Part shown: positions 1 to 13,555 of the stretch, piece after piece
Layout: each line of letters begins with the position of its first letter
Numbering within the stretch: position 1 is the stretch's first letter
Source: the human T2T-CHM13v2.0 reference genome, Homo sapiens
Direction: 5' to 3' (one strand)
Length of the DNA stretch: 64,000 nucleotides
Assembly: GCF_009914755.1 (NCBI RefSeq)
Contig: NC_060940.1
Program-made: the position numbers and the translations under genes
The notes under the pieces: model-generated
What the model was told of the DNA's origin: nothing
Databases searched by the model: none
The model's input: the letters and a program-made list of their open reading frames with translations, nothing else

Positions 1-454
1 TATTCCATAGCATTGCTTTTGAGGATTACATAAACATTTTGTGAAAAGCACCTTAGAACAGTGCATCACATACAGTAAATATTCAATGAAATTTATGTAT
101 TATTACAGGAGGAAAGAAAGAAAATTCTATCAATTATAGGAGGAGAGGCAGACTGGACCCCAACATATTGTAGCTTGGAATGGACCTTCAACTCAAATCA
201 GCTGGGAATAAAACATAATATTATTCTGCATATATTAGCATTTGGTGCCAAGAATAATAGTGACTTAAATAAAATGGAGACTTTTTTTTTTTTCTCTGAA
301 GATGTCTAGAGCAGAACGTTTCAGGAAGAAAGAAGCTTAAAGGGAATTTCCTCTCAAGCTTAGAGGACAGAACTGATTCTTACATAACACAATTATTGAG
401 ACTTGACACTTTTTAAGCACAGAAATTGCTTGGTAAAGCTTTATTATCTCATTT

Positions 455-569
455 TTCAAGTGACATTTTGAATGTTCAATAGTCACATGAGACTAATAAC
501 TACCTTAATGGAGAGTATAGGTGTATAAAACGTATATAACCGCAGAAAGTCTATAGTGCTGCTATAGAC
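455..569. mobile_element. MER3-like hAT-Charlie MITE fragment
   Basis: tcaatagtcacatgagacta...accgcagaaagtctatagtgctgctataga resembles the recalled MER3 terminal half. Confidence 0.6.
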
Positions 570-2980
570 TTCCTTAGGACTATCCTCCTCCCACCTTCGG
601 AGGCACACAGTCCTTCCATCCGTATTTACTGTATTCTTGTTACTTTTTATTTCTGTGGGTACATAGTAGGTGTATATATTTATGGGGTTAATGAGATATT
701 TTCATACAGGCATGCAATGTGTAACAATCATATCTTGTAAAATGGGATATCCATACCCTCAAGCATTTATCTTTTGTGTTACAAACCATCCAATTATACT
801 TTTTTAGCTATTTTAAAATGTACAATTAAATTTTTATCGACTATAGTCCCCCTGTTGTGCTGTAAAATACTAGATCTTTTTCATTGATTCAAATTATTTT
901 TTTTGTACCCATTGACCATCATCACCTCTCCTCCAACCCCTACTTCCACCCCTTAATACCATTCCTAGCCTCTGGTAACCATCCTTCTAATCTCTATCTC
1001 CATGTGTTCAATTGTTTTGATTTTTACATCCCCAAAATAAGTGAGAACATGTAATGTTTGAATTTCTGTGCCTGGCTTATTTGACTTAACATAATGACTT
1101 CCAGTTCCATCCATGTTGTTGCAAATGACAGAATCTCATTCTTTTTTTAATGGCTGAATAGTACTTCATTGTGTATAAGTACCACATTTTCTTTATCCAT
1201 TCATCTGTTAATGAACACCTAGGTTGCTTCCAAATCTTGGCTATTGTGAGCAGTGCTGCAACAAACATGTAAGTGCAAATATCTCTTAGATACCTGATTT
1301 CTCTAATTTTGAAGATACACCCAACACTGAGATTGCTGGATCATATAGGAGCTCTATTTTAAGTTTTTTTTAGGAACCTCCAAACTGTTCTCCATAGAGG
1401 TTGTACTAATTTACATTCCCACAAACAGTGTAAGAGAGTTCCCTTTTCTCCACATCCTCACCAGCATTTGTTATTGCCTCTCTTTTGGATATAAGCCATT
1501 TTAACTAGGGTGAGATGATGTCTTATGGTAGTTTTGATTTGCATTTCTTTGATGATCAGCAATGTTGGGTACCTTTTAATTTACCTCTTTGCTATTTGCA
1601 TGTCTTTGAGAAATGCCTATCCAAATCTTTTGCCTATTTGTTGATCATATTATTAGATTTTTTTTCCTATGGAGTTGTTTGAGCTTCTTATATATTCTGG
1701 TTATTAATATCTTGCCCATGGATAGTTTGCAAATACTTTCTCCCACTCTGTGGGTTGTCTCTTCACTTTGTTGATTGTATTCTTTGCTGTGCAGAAGATT
1801 TTTAACTTGATATGATCCCATTTGTCTATCTTTGCTTGGGTTGCCTGTGTTTGTGGGGTATTACTCAAGAAATTTTTGCCCAGAACAATGTCCTGGAGAC
1901 TTTCCCCAATTTTTTCTTGTAGTAGTTTCAGAGTTTGAGGTCTTAGATTTAATTCTTTAATCCATTTTTATTTGATTTTTGTATATGGTGAAAGATAGGG
2001 GTCTAGTTTCATTCTTCTCCATGTGGATATCTAATTTTCCCTGCACCATTTGTTGAAGAGACTTGTTTTTTCCCCCAGTGTATGTTCTTGGCATCTTTGC
2101 AGAAATGAGTTTGCTGTAGGTGTGTGGATTTGTTTCTGGGTTCTCTATTCTGTTCATTGGTCTATGTGTCTCTTTTTATGCCAGTGCTGTGCTGTTTTGG
2201 TTCCTACAGCTCCTTAGTATAATTTGAAGCCAGGTAATGTAATTCCTCCAGTTTTGCTCTTTTTGCTCAGGATAGCTTTGGATATTCTGGGTTTTCTGTG
2301 ATTCCGTAAATTTTAGAATTGATTTTTCTATTTATGTGAAAAATATCATTCATATTTTGATAGAAATTGCATTGAATCTGTAGATTACTTTGGGATATAC
2401 AATTTTAACAATATTGATTTTTCCAATCCATAAACATGAAACACATATTCATTTTTTTATGTTCTTTGCAATTTCTTTCATCAGCGTTTTATAGGTTTAC
2501 TTGTAGAGCTCCTCAACTTTCTTGGTTAATTCTTAGGTATTTAATTTTATCTGTTGCTATTGTAATTGGGATTACTTTTCAATTTCTTTTTCCAATTCTT
2601 CACTCTTGGCATATAGAAATGTGACTGATTTTTATATGTTGATCTTGTATCCTGCAATGTTACTAAATTTCTCAGTTCTAATATTTTTTTTTGCTGGAAT
2701 CTTTAGGTTTTTCCAAATATAAGATCATATCGTCTGCAAATAAGAATAATTTGACTTATTCCTTTCCAACTTGGAGGCTCTATATTTTTTTCTCTTGTCT
2801 GATTGCTCTAGGTTTTCCAGTACTACGTGAAATAACGGTGGTAAAAGTGGACACACTTGTTGTGTTCCAGATCTTAGAGGAAAGGCTTTCAGTTTTCCCC
2901 ATTCAGTATGATACTAGCTGTGGGTCTGTTGTATACAGCTTTTATTATGTGGAGGTATGTTTCATCTATACTCAGTTTTT

Positions 2981-3281
2981 TTGTTGTTATTTTTTGTTTT
3001 TTGAGACGAAGTCTCACTCTGTTGCCCGGACTGGAGTGCAGTGGCACGATCTCGGCTCACCACAACCTGCCCCCTGGGTTCATGCGATTCTTCTGCCTCA
3101 GCCTCCCAAGTAGCTGGAACTAGAGGCACGTGCCACTATGCCTGGCTAATTTTTGTATTTTTAGTAGAGATGGGGTTTCATTATGTTGATCAAGCTGGTC
3201 TCGAACTCCTTACCTTGTGATCCACTCACCTCAGCCTCCCAAAGTCCTGGGATTACAGGCGTGAGCCAACACGCTCAGCCA
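2981..3281 (-). mobile_element. AluS (Sg-like) inserted in L1MA ORF2
   Basis: Dimeric Alu with T-rich tail on the left. TSD atactcagttttt (2968-2980) / atacccagttttt (3282-3294). Confidence 0.95.
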
Positions 3282-4648
3282 ATACCCAGTTTTTTGAGGG
3301 TTTTTTATCATGAAGAGATGTTGAATTTTATCATATGCTTTTTTACCATCACTTGAAATGATGATATGGTTTTTGTGAACAATCTGAAAAAGAAATTTGA
3401 AAAGTAATCCCATTTATAATAGCCACACATAAACTTGGTTTTCTGGTTGTTTTGTGGTCTACTCTTCCTTCTTTTCTTCTTTACTGTCTTCCTTTTAGTA
3501 AAAGTGATTGTCTCTGATTGTATGATTTAATTTCTTTCTTTTGTGTCTGTGTATCCACTGTATGTTTTTCAATTTGAGGTTACCATGAGGCATGCAAATA
3601 CTATCTTAGAACCTGTTATTTTAAACTGATGACAACTTAACGCTGATTGCATAAACAAACACATAAAAAGAAAATTAATACAAACTCTACACTTTAACTA
3701 TATTCTCCTACTTTTTAACCTTTTGTTGTTTCTCTTCATGCCTTATTACACTATGTCTTGGAAAGTCAGTGTAGTTACTATTTTTGATTGGTTCATTTTT
3801 AGTCTTTCTACTTGAGTAGTTTACAACCAATGATTAAAGTGATATAAATTCTGTATTTTTCTGTTTACTTACTATTACCAGTGAGTTTTGTACCTTCAGA
3901 GGAATCCTTGTTCCTCATTAACATTCTTTTTATCCAAATTGAAGAATTCACATCAGCATTTCTTCTAGGAGAGGCCTGGTGTTGATAAAATTCATCAGCT
4001 TTTATTTGTCTAGGAAAGTGTTTATTTCTCCTTTATGTTTGAAGGATATTTTCACTGGATATACCATTTTAGAATAAAAGTTTTTTCCTTCAGCACTTTT
4101 AATATGGCATGACACACTCTCCTTTTCCACTGAAAAGTCTGCTGCCAGAAATATTGGAACTCCATTGCATGTTACTTCTTTCATTTATCTTGCTGCTCTT
4201 AGGATCCTTTCTTTATCCTTGACCTCTGGGAATTTGATTATTAAATGCCTTGAGGTAGTCTTCCTCAGATGAAATCTGCTTGGTGTTTTATAACATTCTT
4301 GTATTTCAATGTTGATATTTTTCTCTGGGTTTAGCAAGTTCTCTGATATTATCCCTTTGAATAAACTTTCTACCCCTATACCTTTCTCCGCCTCCTCTTT
4401 AAGGCCAATAACTCTTAGATTTGCTCTTTTGAGTCTATTTTCCAGATCTTGTAGGTGTGCTTTCTTGTTTTTTATTCTTTGTTCTTTTGTCTCCTTTCAC
4501 TGTGTATTTTCAAATAGCCTATCTTCAAGCTCACTCGTTCTTTCTTCTATTTGATCAGTTCTGATATTAAATGACTCTGATGTGTTATGCAGCAGGTCAG
4601 TTGCATTTTTCAACTCAAGAATTTCTGCTTAATTCTTCTATCTCTATT

Positions 4649-4733
4649 AAATTTATATAACAGAATTCTGAATTTTAAATTTATATATCTTTTAATCTCT
4701 TTATCAAATTTATATAACAGAATTCTGAATTTT
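4649..4733. repeat. 28-bp local direct duplication within L1 ORF1 region
   Basis: aaatttatataacagaattctgaatttt at 4649-4676 and 4706-4733. Confidence 0.85.
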
Positions 4734-7370
4734 CTCTGTGTTATCTTGATTTTCTTTGTTTCCTCAAAACAGCTATTTTGAATGCTCTGTCTGACAGGTC
4801 ACATGTTGTCTATTTCTTCAACATTGTTCCCTGGAGGCTTATTTAGTTCATTCGGTGAGGTCATGTTTTCCTGGGTGTCGATACTTGCGTATGTTCTTTG
4901 CTGTCTTAGCATTGAAGAGTTAGGTATTAATTGCACTCTTCACAGTCTGGTTTTGTTTGTGCCCTTCCTTCTTGACAAGGATTTCCAAGTATTCAAAGGG
5001 ACTTGGGTTTTTGCAGACTTGTAGATGCACTGCCTTGGTGGTCTTGAATAGGATCTGGTTCCCCAGGAAGAGATTTCTTGTTATTTTCCCTTGCTTTTTC
5101 CCAAACAAAGGGACTCTCTCTTTGTGCTGAACCTCCTGGAACTGGGGGTGTGGTGTTGCAAGTACTCTTGTTTCCATGACCACAGGAACTGTGCTGGGTT
5201 GGAACAAAAGCCATAACAGCACTGGGTTTTGCCCAAGGCCCACTGCACTGTAACTGCTACCTGGCTACCACTTATGTTCACTCAAGCCTGTAAGGCTCTG
5301 CAATCTGCAGGTGATAAAGCCAGCTAGGTTTGCATCCTTCCCTTCAGTGTAGCAAGTTGCCCTGGGCCCTGGGGGAGTCTAGAGATGCTATTTGGGAGCC
5401 AGAAATTTGAGTCAATAATCTTAGAAACTCAACTGATGTTTGATTTCATTTCAGCTATGTTGGCACTCTAACCACAATATAAAGTCCTTCCCACTCTTCC
5501 CCCCGCCTTCTATAGTCACGGGAGCCTCTCCCTGTGGGCACTACCACAACCAGCTCACAAGGGCATTCTTCCAGTCCATCACCAATATTCACTTAAAGCC
5601 CAAGGACTCTTCCATCAGTCTGTGGTGAATGCTGCCTGGCCTGGGACTCACTCTTCAGGACAGTGGGCTAGACTCTGTCCCAGGGCAGGTCCAGAACATG
5701 CTGTCCAAGAGCCTTGGCCTGGATTCGGGGACCCTAAGTGCCTGCTTGTTTTTTTACTGCACTGTGGATGAGCTGGTACCTAAGGAGCAAGAGAAAGTCC
5801 CTCTTAATTTCCCCTTTGCTTTTTTTCAATAGAAGTCCTTCACTGTAGCCACCACAACTAGGAATGTGCTGGGTCACATCTGAATTCAGCACGTTTTAGA
5901 ACCCAAGGCCCATGGCATACTACCTGAGCTTTGCTGTTGGTTATTCAGGGTCCAAGGGCCCTTTGGTTAGCAGGTGATGAGTCCTTTCAGGACCGAGTCC
6001 TCTCCTTCAAGGTAGCAGTTTCCCTTTTGGCCCAGGGTGTGTCTGGAAATATCATTTGGAAGCTGGGTCCTGGAATGGTGGTTTTATAACTCCGCCTGAT
6101 GCCATATTCTACTCTGGCTAAGCAGGTATTCAAGATGCAAGGCAAAGTCCTCTTTATGCTTTGCTCTCCATCCCTTAAGCAGAAGGAAGGAGACACTTTC
6201 ATTACTGCAAGCCGCACTGCCTGGGCTTGGTGGTGAGATGGTACAAGCACTCCTTTAGCCAGCCCACCTATCGTCTCCCTAGGTCACATGCCACTCTAGT
6301 CCTCTGGCTCTGAGCCCAGCCCAGCAGTAGGAGTTGCCTAGGAACTGCAGTCCTTGTGTCCTATACTGCCTTTCAAATTTACCTAGAACCCCAGAGCACT
6401 TTGGCCCATGGTGGCAAGGCTTGTGGAGAAACTTGACTTTCAACCATTGGGATGGGCAATTCCTCTTTGGCTAGGTCCAAATGCTCCTTCCCTGTGTGGA
6501 AACTGGCTAAGCCCAGCACCACATTACCTTCTGCTATGACAGGGCAGCACTGAGTTCAATGTAATCTTCCCCTATCACTGCACTCTCCCTCCCCTAAATG
6601 CACAGACTCTCCCCGCTGCACTGAGCTGCCAGGAGATGGCGAGGGGTGGTACTGGCAAATCAAGACTGTCTGTCCTGCTCTCCTCAATGCCTTTTACCAA
6701 GGTATGATGTTAAAATGGGGTACTGTGATTGCTCACCTGATTTTTGGTTCTTCTGATGGTGCTTTTCTGTGTACAGATAATTGTTAAAATTTGGTATTCC
6801 CATGAAGGGTATAATTGGTTTGGGCTTCTGTTCCACCCTTTTGCTCTGCCCTCTTCACTACCATATTCTTGCCTGATCTTTAATCTACAAAACGTTTCTG
6901 TTCATATTTAATGTAAAACAAGTTCACACAGAGGACTCAACCTAATGCCCTCTTACATAACAATTTTGAATTTGGGAACTGTTTGTAGTGGTGGGCTTTT
7001 ATATTTTTTACTCTTATGAAATTGTTTGGTTCAACAAATTATACTCTGTAGGGTCCCATTACTGGTTCTCCCTCTTATGCAATGATATGAGCTGTAGATC
7101 CAGCAGAAGTCAGTTCCCTCTGTTATTTGCCCTGTTTCATAATCATATTCATGGTCTATCCACACATTGCACAATCAATGCACATCTCTCCAGGAAGCTT
7201 TTTTTTTTTTTTAAACTGAAAATCATGTTTCACCTCCCTGACACCACTACAACCTGAAACTCTTACATGGCTTCCTATTTTTTCTTAGAATATGGCCAAT
7301 AACATCTAACATATATTTAAAGTTTCTCTTTGTGTCTGATGCTCTTCCATTTGGTTGCAGAAGTTACTTT

Positions 7371-7535
7371 TTAAATCCTCAAAACAGTCATGTGAGGCAG
7401 TTATTATTGTCACCTGCCTCCACTGTGGCACATGATATAGATGAGAAAACAGAGTTAGGGAGAGGTGATATAACTCTCTCAAGATCACACAGTCAATAAG
7501 TGACAGAGTTGGTATTGAAAAGTAAGTAGACTGAA
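7371..7535 (-). mobile_element. MIR
   Basis: aatcctcaaaacag..gatgagaaaacagag..tcaagatcacacagtcaataagtgacagag MIR core. Confidence 0.7.
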
Positions 7536-8424
7536 ACCAACAAAAAGCAATCAGATTATCATATTTGGATTGCCTCACTTAGCAACTAGAATATGTCAGC
7601 CCCTATATAGATGCCCTTGAGGGAACAGCCTTAGAAGAGACTGAAAGTTAGATTCCTGCAGCTAACCAGTTAGAAGGAGAGACTAAACCAGAATACACAC
7701 ATCTTGTCTTATTGTTCTCTTCCCTATACCATCCTGTTATTTATCCTGTGCAGGCATTACATTATAAAGTGGTAAAATAAGCAGAAGAATAATACAAAAA
7801 GTATTTATTTACAACCGGTTATGTATCATACTCTCTTCTGGACACTAAGGAAAAGTTTCAAACCTTACAAATTACAGATCCAAATGTTATAATGTATTGC
7901 CAAGTAATGGAATCCCAGTTGACCATACTCTCAATTGACTGAGACCTTCTTATACATAGTTGCATTTTGCATAAACAAAAATTTCATTCTATCACAAATC
8001 CCATTGCATGAAGCCCATTTTCCTTTAAGTGTTATTTGCTCAGACTGCAGCAGCCTGGCATCATACAGGCAAGCATAATGCCTCCATTAACTATTGTGCC
8101 CAAAGTTTCATAGTTGTGGCATAACAGGCTTTAGAATTTATAGAACAACTATAGAATTATAGAACAATCAAGGCTTTATAGAACTGCCATAACTGCTAGC
8201 TCCAACACCACAGGTAGGATTTTAGGAAATGCTTGTGCTACTATTGCAAATGTTTTTAACAGTATTTTGTTGTTTTATTTGTTTGGTTGGTTGGCTGTTT
8301 TTGTCCAATTTTGAGCAAAGTTTGCTCCCTTTGTTTTCCACTCCTGTATAACATTGACAACTATCTAAACATCTTTGCATCTATAAAAGTGTTTAGGACA
8401 TGCCAGTTGCTTTAACAAACGTAC

Positions 8425-8560
8425 GTCATGTGATCCTCATAATAATCCTCAATTGTAAGATGAAAAAAAATTGAGGCTCAGCATGATGAAATAACTTGCT
8501 CAAGGTAAAACAGCAAATAATGAAACAAACTATTGAATCCTATTTTGTTGACCTGCAAAC
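8425..8560 (-). mobile_element. MIR
   Basis: gatgaaaaaaaattgaggctcag..aataacttgctcaaggt MIR core. Confidence 0.65.
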
Positions 8561-10049
8561 TTATATCAAAAACAATTCTATTCTGACCTCTTCAGCCAGG
8601 CTCTCCCTTTCCAAGTTATTTTCTTTTTCTTGGAGCTGTGTGGGACAGTAAAAGTAATGCCCACGATGTTGGTATTTGGGTGTCATGAAGATTATATGTC
8701 TTTTAGCTCCCTCCATCCATTATAAATTAAACTAATCATTCTAATTTTTGCCTAGAATAAAATGAGGTATCCGATGGTCAGGTGAAAAGTCCAAGTTCAG
8801 TTTTCAGGTTCCCACTCTTCTTTGTTTGGTGGGGGTGAGGGGTACTCTCACTTGTTTTCTTTTTTCCTTTGATTAACAACTTTCTGTTTATACATTATTC
8901 TTTATTAGTCTCTTCCCTCCCACCATTGCTGTCTCTTCTGCATTCTCATTTTCTTTCCAAAACTTATTAATGTGATTTAGAAAAAAGTCACAGGATGTCT
9001 GTTTCAGATCAAATACTAGCCCTGCCACTTAATGGAATTCAATAGGATTATGCAGCATTTTAACCTTGATTCTGTTTCCTCACCTATAAAATTCAATAGG
9101 TATTCTCAAAGATCCTTCCCAGAACTTCTATTTTATAATGTTGATGATATTTCTTTCAGACACTCTAGACATTTATAAAATTTTATTCTATAGATTCTGT
9201 CCTGATGTGCCCACATTTCCTGACTGCTGTACCTAACCTTAAGTTCCTAATTTTTTATCTACCAATGGCAAGTCATTAAACATTTGAAATGGAAATACAC
9301 ATCTTGTTTTATTGCATTTCAGTTCTCCATCTGGCTTTTGCAATTGGAATTTAGTGGCAAATGTGATTTTGAGCTTTGGGGGGCTATATGTGAGTAAGAA
9401 ATACTGATGCCATCAGCCCTTGTATCTATACAACTCTGAACTTTGTAGTCTATATCATTTGCTGGGAAACAGATGGGAAAGGAAATAATTCTGAAATGCC
9501 CTCAGCATGAGAGAGAGAGAGAAGGAGAAAGAAAAAGAGAAAGAGAACCACACAAACATTTGTACAATTACCATTGTGAAAAAAAAATACTTTATTTGGA
9601 GAAAGATAGTCTTTGCCTTTTGAGGAAAACACAGTGTTGCATTATATAGTAGAGCATTTGATAACTCTAGAAATCATTGAGGGGGAAACTGGTTTAAAGT
9701 TAAGGAATGAAGGAGGAGATTAGAAGGATCGCAGTGGGAGGTATGAAAAAATGCTTTTTCTTTTAATTATTCTGGTGACCCAAATCAATATTCCATAGAC
9801 ATTGGTTCTATTTCACAATTTTAGTCTGGGAAAGCCTTTCTAGGATGATAGGAGAGGCCTGAAGTTGGTCACTGAGGTAGAAATCTCCAAAAAGTCAAAG
9901 TATAAAATGGAAAGAGGCATGGAACACTGGCTTTGTCACTGGCCAATGCAACTATGTGGTAAGAGGCAGTCCAACAATTGCAATTAGTTGCAGCAATACT
10001 TTTGGTTTTTGTTTTGTTTTGGTCTGCTCTTGCTGTGTAGTCAACTATC

Positions 10050-11050
10050 CTCAAAATAGATATCACAAAACAATTATTTATAATCATTCCTGGGTTTGTA
10101 GGTTAAGTGGCGGTTTCTAATCTAGTCTGGACTTGATTGGGCATCTGTGCTGTGAGCTGTGGGGTGGGCTGGGCCCAGCTCCCCACTGCATGATGGACGA
10201 AGATTTTTTCCAAGTTTTAGGACTTCAATGGAACATCAGGCTAGCCAGAGCATGTTCTTATTCTACCAATGTCAGTAGCACATGGGAAAAAAAATAAGAT
10301 ATGTAAAACTTCTTGAGGTTTTGAGGTCTAGGCTTATACATGGCATAAAATCAGTTCCTGCCGTATCCCATCAGGCAAAGTAATCACAGGATTTTCCAGA
10401 TATCCATAGCTGTGAAAAAAAAATGTAATGGCATAAAAAAAAAAAGAAAAAACAACTACTTTACTGTCCTCTCAGATTCTGTTGTCTAAGCATTTAGGGA
10501 GGACATAGTATGGATATCTCTTCTCTAGTCTATGATGTCTGATCTTCACCTGAGATGACTCAAAAGACTTGAATAGTTGGATAGGAGATCTTCCAAGATG
10601 ATATATTTACTCATATGCCTGGTGAGTTGGTCTGGCTATAAAACAGACTCAGCAAGAAATGCTGAACAGGGTATCTAAACATGGCCTTTCTGACCTCAGA
10701 GTTGTTGGGTTTCTCACATGGTGACTCAGGGCTCTTCAAACAAGTGTGTCAAGAAACCAGATAGGACCTGCATGACATCTACCAACCTAATCTCAGAAGC
10801 TACCCAATGTGTCTTATGTTATATTTATTAGCTCCAAGCTAATCACGAAGGCCAACTGAGATTCCAGGGGAAAAGTATTCACTTCCACTTGTTGAGGAGA
10901 GTTTCAGAGATTTGTGGTTCATTGACACCACTATTCACGGCTAAGCCCAAACTCAAGTTTCAAAGTGTGTTCTTCCTCTAGAGAAAAGGATTGCGCAGTA
11001 ATTTGGCATAAACCATTGTCACAGGGAATTGAGAAGTGCTAGATAATAAA
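10050..11050 (-). mobile_element. Old MaLR (MLT1-family) LTRs, apparently one (~10395-10935) nested in another; boundaries approximate
   Basis: MLT1 reverse-strand motifs: ctcagattctg, ttccaagatg..ttactcatatgcctgg, ctcacatggtgactcagggctc, aatcacgaaggcca. The outer element resumes at tcacggctaagccca. Confidence 0.5.
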
Positions 11051-12427
11051 TTAATAGCCATAAGAAATAGGTGGAAACTTTTTAGTGATCATAGAGATTT
11101 TACCCAGGTGACTAATTTTTTCACACTTGGGGAGTATGGAAAATACAAATGGCTCTCAAGGAAGAGGACATCTCAAGGTCACTCCATGGAATCAAGATTT
11201 ATACCATAAACACTTGAGATTAAGTTCAAGCAGTTGCATTGGTAGGTAAGATGCCTGAGACATAAGAAGCTCAGTCATGAAAATTAAGCCCAAATGATGT
11301 GATTGGCACCATCAGTACCAGATCTGAAGGAACAACACTAAAGATCTTATTTCCCTGATACAGTTAAACTGATACTACATCTTCTCTAACTCAGTATGCT
11401 TGAGCTCTGAAGCTGGGAATTCTAGATCAGCAAATGGGAATTACCAATATAGCATGGAAAGTATGGAAATAGAGTGGCCAAGACTCTCTCATAAATAGAA
11501 TATTACTAGACATACTTTTAATAATATATTTGAGATAAATAAAAATTTACTTGTTAAATTTCAGTGTTATTGATCAGAATTATCTTGCACTAGAATAGTT
11601 GTTTATGAGATATCTTCTACAAATATTCCAGAAACTACTAAAACTTATTTTGCTGTCAAAGTTATACACTCTATAAAAAAGTAAAAACTGAACATATTCA
11701 GTGATATTTTTAGCTCCTTTGAAAATAACAGAACCTTTAAACATGAGTATTTTTTTCCACAAACGAAGTTTTTTTTTTTCTAATAGAGTGCTCCATGTCA
11801 GATTTACTAACAGTAATAACAAAACTGGAGTCTTACAGGGGATAGAAATTCTAAAATTCCAGATGTAAAACCTTAAAAATGCCAAGAATCACAGTCAAAA
11901 ATAAGAGTGTTTTAAAAGCTTCCTTGCCAAAACTCTAAGATATGACAATTTCACTCAGGAGTCACTATTATTATTATCATTTTTCTTATTATTAACACAA
12001 GCTGGGCAGGCCTTGACAGAAGATTAGCTTGCAATCAGTTTTTGGTTAGAATTTCCAAAACAAATACCATGAATAGTTAATGAACATCAAGGTACATCTG
12101 TTTAATAATAATAACATCAGTTCTACATTAATTATTTAAAAATCTCTGGTATCCTTATAAGATTTCCGGAGACACAGCTTTGTATCTTAGATTGATCGCA
12201 GGGACCTTGAAGAAGATTTTCTGTTCACATCAAGATTTTTATTCTCTGAGGCACAGAGAAATGAAACACATCATTTTTTCCTGTGCCCAGAATTATGGTC
12301 TCTACCCGGTATTCTGATTATTTAAATATAGATAATTCATAAATATGCAGTTCAAATACCCATTGCTCCTCAAAGCAATTTTGACCACCACGTGACTTTC
12401 ATTGCATTTGTTCATAATACTTAGCAC

Positions 12428-12640
12428 TTTTTTTTTTTTTTTTTGAGACGGAGTCTCACTGTGTCACCCAGGCTGGAGTGCAGTGGCATGATCTCGACTC
12501 ACCGCAACATCTGTCTCCAGGTTTCAAGCAATTCTCTGCCTCAGCCTCCCAAGTAGCTGAGATTACAGGAGCCCGCCACCAAGCCCAGCTGATTTTTGTA
12601 TTTTTAGTAGAGATGGGGTTTCACCATCTTGGCCAGGCTG
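12428..12640 (-). mobile_element. 5'-truncated AluS fused to an L1PB fragment
   Basis: T tail, complete right arm and linker; left arm stops abruptly at ggccaggctg. Confidence 0.92.
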
Positions 12641-13235
12641 AGCATGTATATATCTATCACATTTTCCTTAGCCACTTATTGATTGATGGGCACTTGGGCT
12701 GGTTCCGTATTTTTACAATTGTGAATTGTGCTGTTGTAAACACGCATGTACCAGTATCTTTTCGTATAACAACTCTTTTCCTCTGGGTAGACACACAGTA
12801 GTGGGACTGCCAGATAAAATGGTAGATCTACTTTTCGTTCTTTAAAGAATCTCCACACTGTTTTCCACAGTACTTGTACTAGTTTATATTCCCACCAGCA
12901 GTGTGAGTGTTCCCTTTTCATCACATCCACGCCAACGTCTACTATTTATTTATTTATTTATTTTATTATGGCCATTCTTGCAGGAGTAATGTGGTATTAC
13001 ATTGTAGTTTTGATTTACATTTCCCTGATAATTAGTGATGTTGAGAATTTTCTTCATATGTATGTTTGCCATTTCTATGTCTTTTTTTGAGAATTGTCTA
13101 TTTACTTTCTTAGCCCACTTTTTGATGGGATTGTTAGTTTTTTTCTTGCTGATTTGTTTGAGTTCCTTGTAGATTCTGGATATTAGTCCTTTGTCAGATG
13201 CATAGTTTGCGAAGATTTTCTCCCACTCTGTGGGT
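12641..13235 (-). mobile_element. L1PB-type ORF2 3' fragment lacking the 3'UTR
   Basis: ORF 12676-12930 ([19 protein letters not shown]) matches the L1 ORF2 C-terminus; L1PB-like ttttcctctgggtaga..ggtagatctactttt. Confidence 0.88.
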
Positions 13236-13555
13236 AACTACGACCACAATTTCTGACTCCAAATTGCCCTATAGTCTCCCACCACTCCCAGCGTCCTTGA
13301 GTATGTTATTTTTTTTTCCTGGAAGACGCTTCCTGATTTTTTTCTGTTTAATTCTACTTACCTTTTACAACTCAGCCCTATGAACATCTCTCTTTCAAAG
13401 ACTTCTCTGAACACTTCCGCACCTTTGTTTTTCATGTAGTTATTTCTTTTTCTAAGATCTCTATGTTCCAACAATATTACAACGTTACTAAGAGTATTAA
13501 ATATGATAATAGTTGCGAAGCAATTAATAGTGCATTAGTACCTAACAGACACCAC

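Larger units (their letters stand above)
640..6858 (-). mobile_element. L1MA2/L1MA3-type LINE-1 with both ends present but internally deleted (EN and first part of ORF2 missing)
   Basis: L1MA-type 3'UTR from ~645. ORF2 C-terminal remnants (1086-1268, 1957-2157; KNHIIISSDGKKAYDKIQH at ~3300-3374). ORF1 remnant NGVPIFLAADFS..KISFKHKGEI (4002-4184). GC-richer 5'UTR to ~6856. Candidate TSD tactgtattcttg (627-639) / taccatattcttg (6859-6871). Confidence 0.88.

Noticed and set aside
8131-8185. Short repeated tagaat(t)tatagaacaa units
   Set aside because: Ordinary slippage duplication with no further structure.
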